From: an uncultured Pseudomonadota bacterium
Lineage (GTDB): Bacteria > Oederibacteriota > Muellerivitia > Muellerivitales > Muellerivitaceae
Assembly: GCA_963770835.1 (NCBI GenBank)
Contig: CAVYRH010000019.1
Location: forward strand, 384,001 to 448,000
Length of the DNA: 64,000 bases
Direction of reading: 5' to 3'
Made by a program: the position numbers and the translations under genes. Below, piece by piece: positions 61,632-64,000 of this stretch. The first letter of the stretch is position 1, and the number at the start of each line of letters is the position of its first letter. The notes under the pieces were generated by a model that did no database searches, was not told where the DNA came from, and saw only the letters and a program-made list of their open reading frames with translations.

Positions 61632-61941
61632 TGCATCAAGAAACAATCAAAAAGATGTAAAAATTTAATAAAGATGTGCCTTTTTGAGATAAAAAAAAAA
61701 TAAAATAATAGAATCCGAATTACATTTATGTAGATTAATACAAAAATAAGAATATCGGGCGAAAAGTGAGGGGTAGCTCATTAGGGATCATCACCCGGTC
61801 ATCCAGCGTTGATTATGTGCAGAATTTAGGTTGAAAGCCATCAACAAATTGAAAAATTTAAGTAAAAATATTTAACCCACTAAATGAAGGTTGGAATTAG
61901 AATCTTTCGGCTTTCACCCATCATTGATTAGGAGTCATCCC

Positions 61942-62526
61942 ATGAAACTTGGAATCACTTTTTTCCGCATCGGCGTACTAGGCATGCTCTTCGCCCCAGG
62001 AGTCCTTTTCGAAGAACCGCTCAAGTCATTATTGGCTCAAAACCATTCCGTATTTCTGACCTATTTGCTGCTTTATGGCCTGCCCGCCTTGGCCGGTTTT
62101 TCCATGCTCATGATGAACGAACAGGGTTTCCGGAACCCTCCCGTCCCGGTGGCCCGCCTCCTCAACGGCCTTTCAGCCTTAACTGTATTCTGGCTTATCC
62201 TTTGGTACATCATGTGGTTGGGATTGGATTCAAGGGCTGGCAATCAGGCCGATCCCTTCGTCAAGTATTTGGATTTCGTGAGCCTATTGGGCCCTTTGAG
62301 TGGAGCGGGACTATATTGGTGGGGCTGGAAAATAGCCGACCTGTCCCAGAGGACCTTGCGTTTTTGCATAGCCATCGGATGGAACGTGAGTTTCATGAGT
62401 TTCATGAACCTTCACTTGGATCCCGCCATGGGTCATTTGAAGGGCTCTGGATTTGGCGGATTGCTGGTGATGGCGGGTGCCTACCTGATGATAGGGGACC
62501 TTCAACGCAATCCCCCCAAAAGGTGA
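61942..62526 (+). CDS. Hypothetical membrane protein
   Basis: RBS AGGAG; about six hydrophobic segments. Confidence 0.6.
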   Translation: MKLGITFFRIGVLGMLFAPGVLFEEPLKSLLAQNHSVFLTYLLLYGLPALAGFSMLMMNEQGFRNPPVPVARLLNGLSALTVFWLILWYIMWLGLDSRAGNQADPFVKYLDFVSLLGPLSGAGLYWWGWKIADLSQRTLRFCIAIGWNVSFMSFMNLHLDPAMGHLKGSGFGGLLVMAGAYLMIGDLQRNPPKR

Positions 62527-62551
62527 AACCTGCTTAAACTAGTTTTGGAAT

Positions 62552-63616
62552 TTAGACAGGTATGGTGCGGCTGATATATTTTTTCATGGCACCGAAAACT
62601 TCCGGCACCGTCAAGCCTTCCATGGGATCGTGTTTCCTGCAATAGCCGGATTGGCAAGCCATGCATGTGAGGTTTTTAGGCATTAAGACTGTGTTCTCGT
62701 TTCCCCATGGCCCCCAACGCACGGGGGTGGCCTCCGGGGCGGGTGAGAAAAGCGTGACGGTAGGCGTCCCCACCGCCGCGGCAAGTTGCATCGGCCCCAG
62801 CGGCCCGGAGACAACACAAAGCGCCCCTTGGCAAAGGGCCGCTAGTTCCCTCAATTTCAAATCCCCGGTAACAATAAGAGCCGGCTTTTGTTCCTGGGTG
62901 AGTGAATAAAGCAAGGCTGTTACCTCCGAAACCAATTGGGATTCGTCGGCTTCAGATGTCAGGACCACCTTCAAACCTTTGACCTGGCACAAATGCCCTA
63001 ATAACTGGCCAAACTTTTCGGGCTTCCAATGCCGCGCGTGTCCCTTGGAACCTGGGTGAACAAGGACATAAGGCAGTCCAGGAGCTAAGCCCTTTTGGAG
63101 TAATATCTCCCTTGGCGCCGTTTTGTCTGTCTCAGTCAATGGAAACTCGGTTTTTTTGGCGAATTGCGTCACACCAAGGGGTTTCAATAATTCAAAGTTA
63201 TATTCGACCTCGTTCCGGTCGCTAAGGGCCCGCTTGATGGAGACGGTATGGGTCTGGAAAAAACCATGCCATTTGTGCTTTTCCCCGATCCGAACCGAAA
63301 TCTTGGCCAGCCAGGCGGCTAAAACCAGCTCAGATTTGGGATATAAATGGATAAAGGTATCCACCTTAAGTTCGCGCAACCGGGCGGCTAGTTTGAATAG
63401 GCCTTCTTCATTCGAAACCGCTTCGACCCTGTCAATGGCGGGATGCCCCTGGACGATGACTTCCGCTCCCCTTTGGACCAAAGCGGTGATTTGTGCTTGG
63501 GGAAAAGCCGATTTTAATGTTTGAAAGACCGGTAAGGCCAAAAGAAGGTTTTGAATGCTGTCGGTGCAGGCGACGGCAATGTGTTTTGAGGAAATCGGTT
63601 CGGGCATGGGGTTCAA
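62552..63616 (-). CDS. Glycosyltransferase family 9 (heptosyltransferase-like)
   Basis: LVHPGS..RHW..EKF, GPMQLAAAVGTPTVTLF, RWGPW. Confidence 0.85.
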   Translation of the reverse strand: MNPMPEPISSKHIAVACTDSIQNLLLALPVFQTLKSAFPQAQITALVQRGAEVIVQGHPAIDRVEAVSNEEGLFKLAARLRELKVDTFIHLYPKSELVLAAWLAKISVRIGEKHKWHGFFQTHTVSIKRALSDRNEVEYNFELLKPLGVTQFAKKTEFPLTETDKTAPREILLQKGLAPGLPYVLVHPGSKGHARHWKPEKFGQLLGHLCQVKGLKVVLTSEADESQLVSEVTALLYSLTQEQKPALIVTGDLKLRELAALCQGALCVVSGPLGPMQLAAAVGTPTVTLFSPAPEATPVRWGPWGNENTVLMPKNLTCMACQSGYCRKHDPMEGLTVPEVFGAMKKYISRTIPV

Positions 63617-64000
63617 TCCTTAGAGGTAGAAGTATCCTTGAAACCTGTCAAAGATACTGAATTGGCCCTTTTTCAGCAATAGCTACCTTACCCCCAAACA
63701 AAAAAAGCTACCGTGAGTGCGCTTGTTGGTTTAAGGACTTTGTTAGGAGAGAGGTTCTTAGACGACGCTTTGGGGAGGGGAAAGTCTCGGGGCAGGTTAT
63801 AAGATTGATCAGGGCGGCAATTGACCACTGAGCGGCCACAAGGTAACAACGCCGTTCAAAATGCAACTAGCTCCTTAGGCACGAAGTTTCTTTCCCGTCT
63901 TTTCACTTTGGATAAGGCTTACTCGACACTTTAAGCCCACGACATCCGGACGGATTTTAATATTTTTTAGTGGCAATTCAAAAAGCCCAAGTGTAGGATT

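Overview
Bacterial window of a GC-rich diderm (TonB system, autotransporters, LPS-type glycosyltransferases). Large Thr/Pro-repeat surface proteins with FlgD-like C-termini are reminiscent of candidate lineages such as FCPU426; this is inference only. Left part: O-antigen-ligase/TPR gene, two tandem Gly-rich autotransporters sharing an identical-looking 1.66 kb tract, envelope genes, mnmA with a cysteine desulfurase, and a bactofilin/M23 pair. 21.8-32.5 kb: a metal-uptake-like locus (TBDR, ExbB/ExbD/TonB, ABC transporter, three DUF3299-like paralogues). Each half of it is preceded by a His/CxxC leader ORF ending in RAPP or LSPP. About 34.9-47.1 kb: an AT-rich accessory island (Replic_Relax fragment, TPR-KAP NTPase, HEPN-motif protein, RES-Xre, group II intron, IS200, MNT-HEPN) organised around two tRNA-Asp 3'-half fragments, one with attP-like arms. 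Right part: a 1842-aa Thr/Pro protein, a sigma54-driven amtB (four +1 frameshifts that look like consensus artefacts) with three P-II genes and an antiporter, and a GT9. A 140-bp structured MITE-like element occurs twice, once in frame inside a signal peptide.
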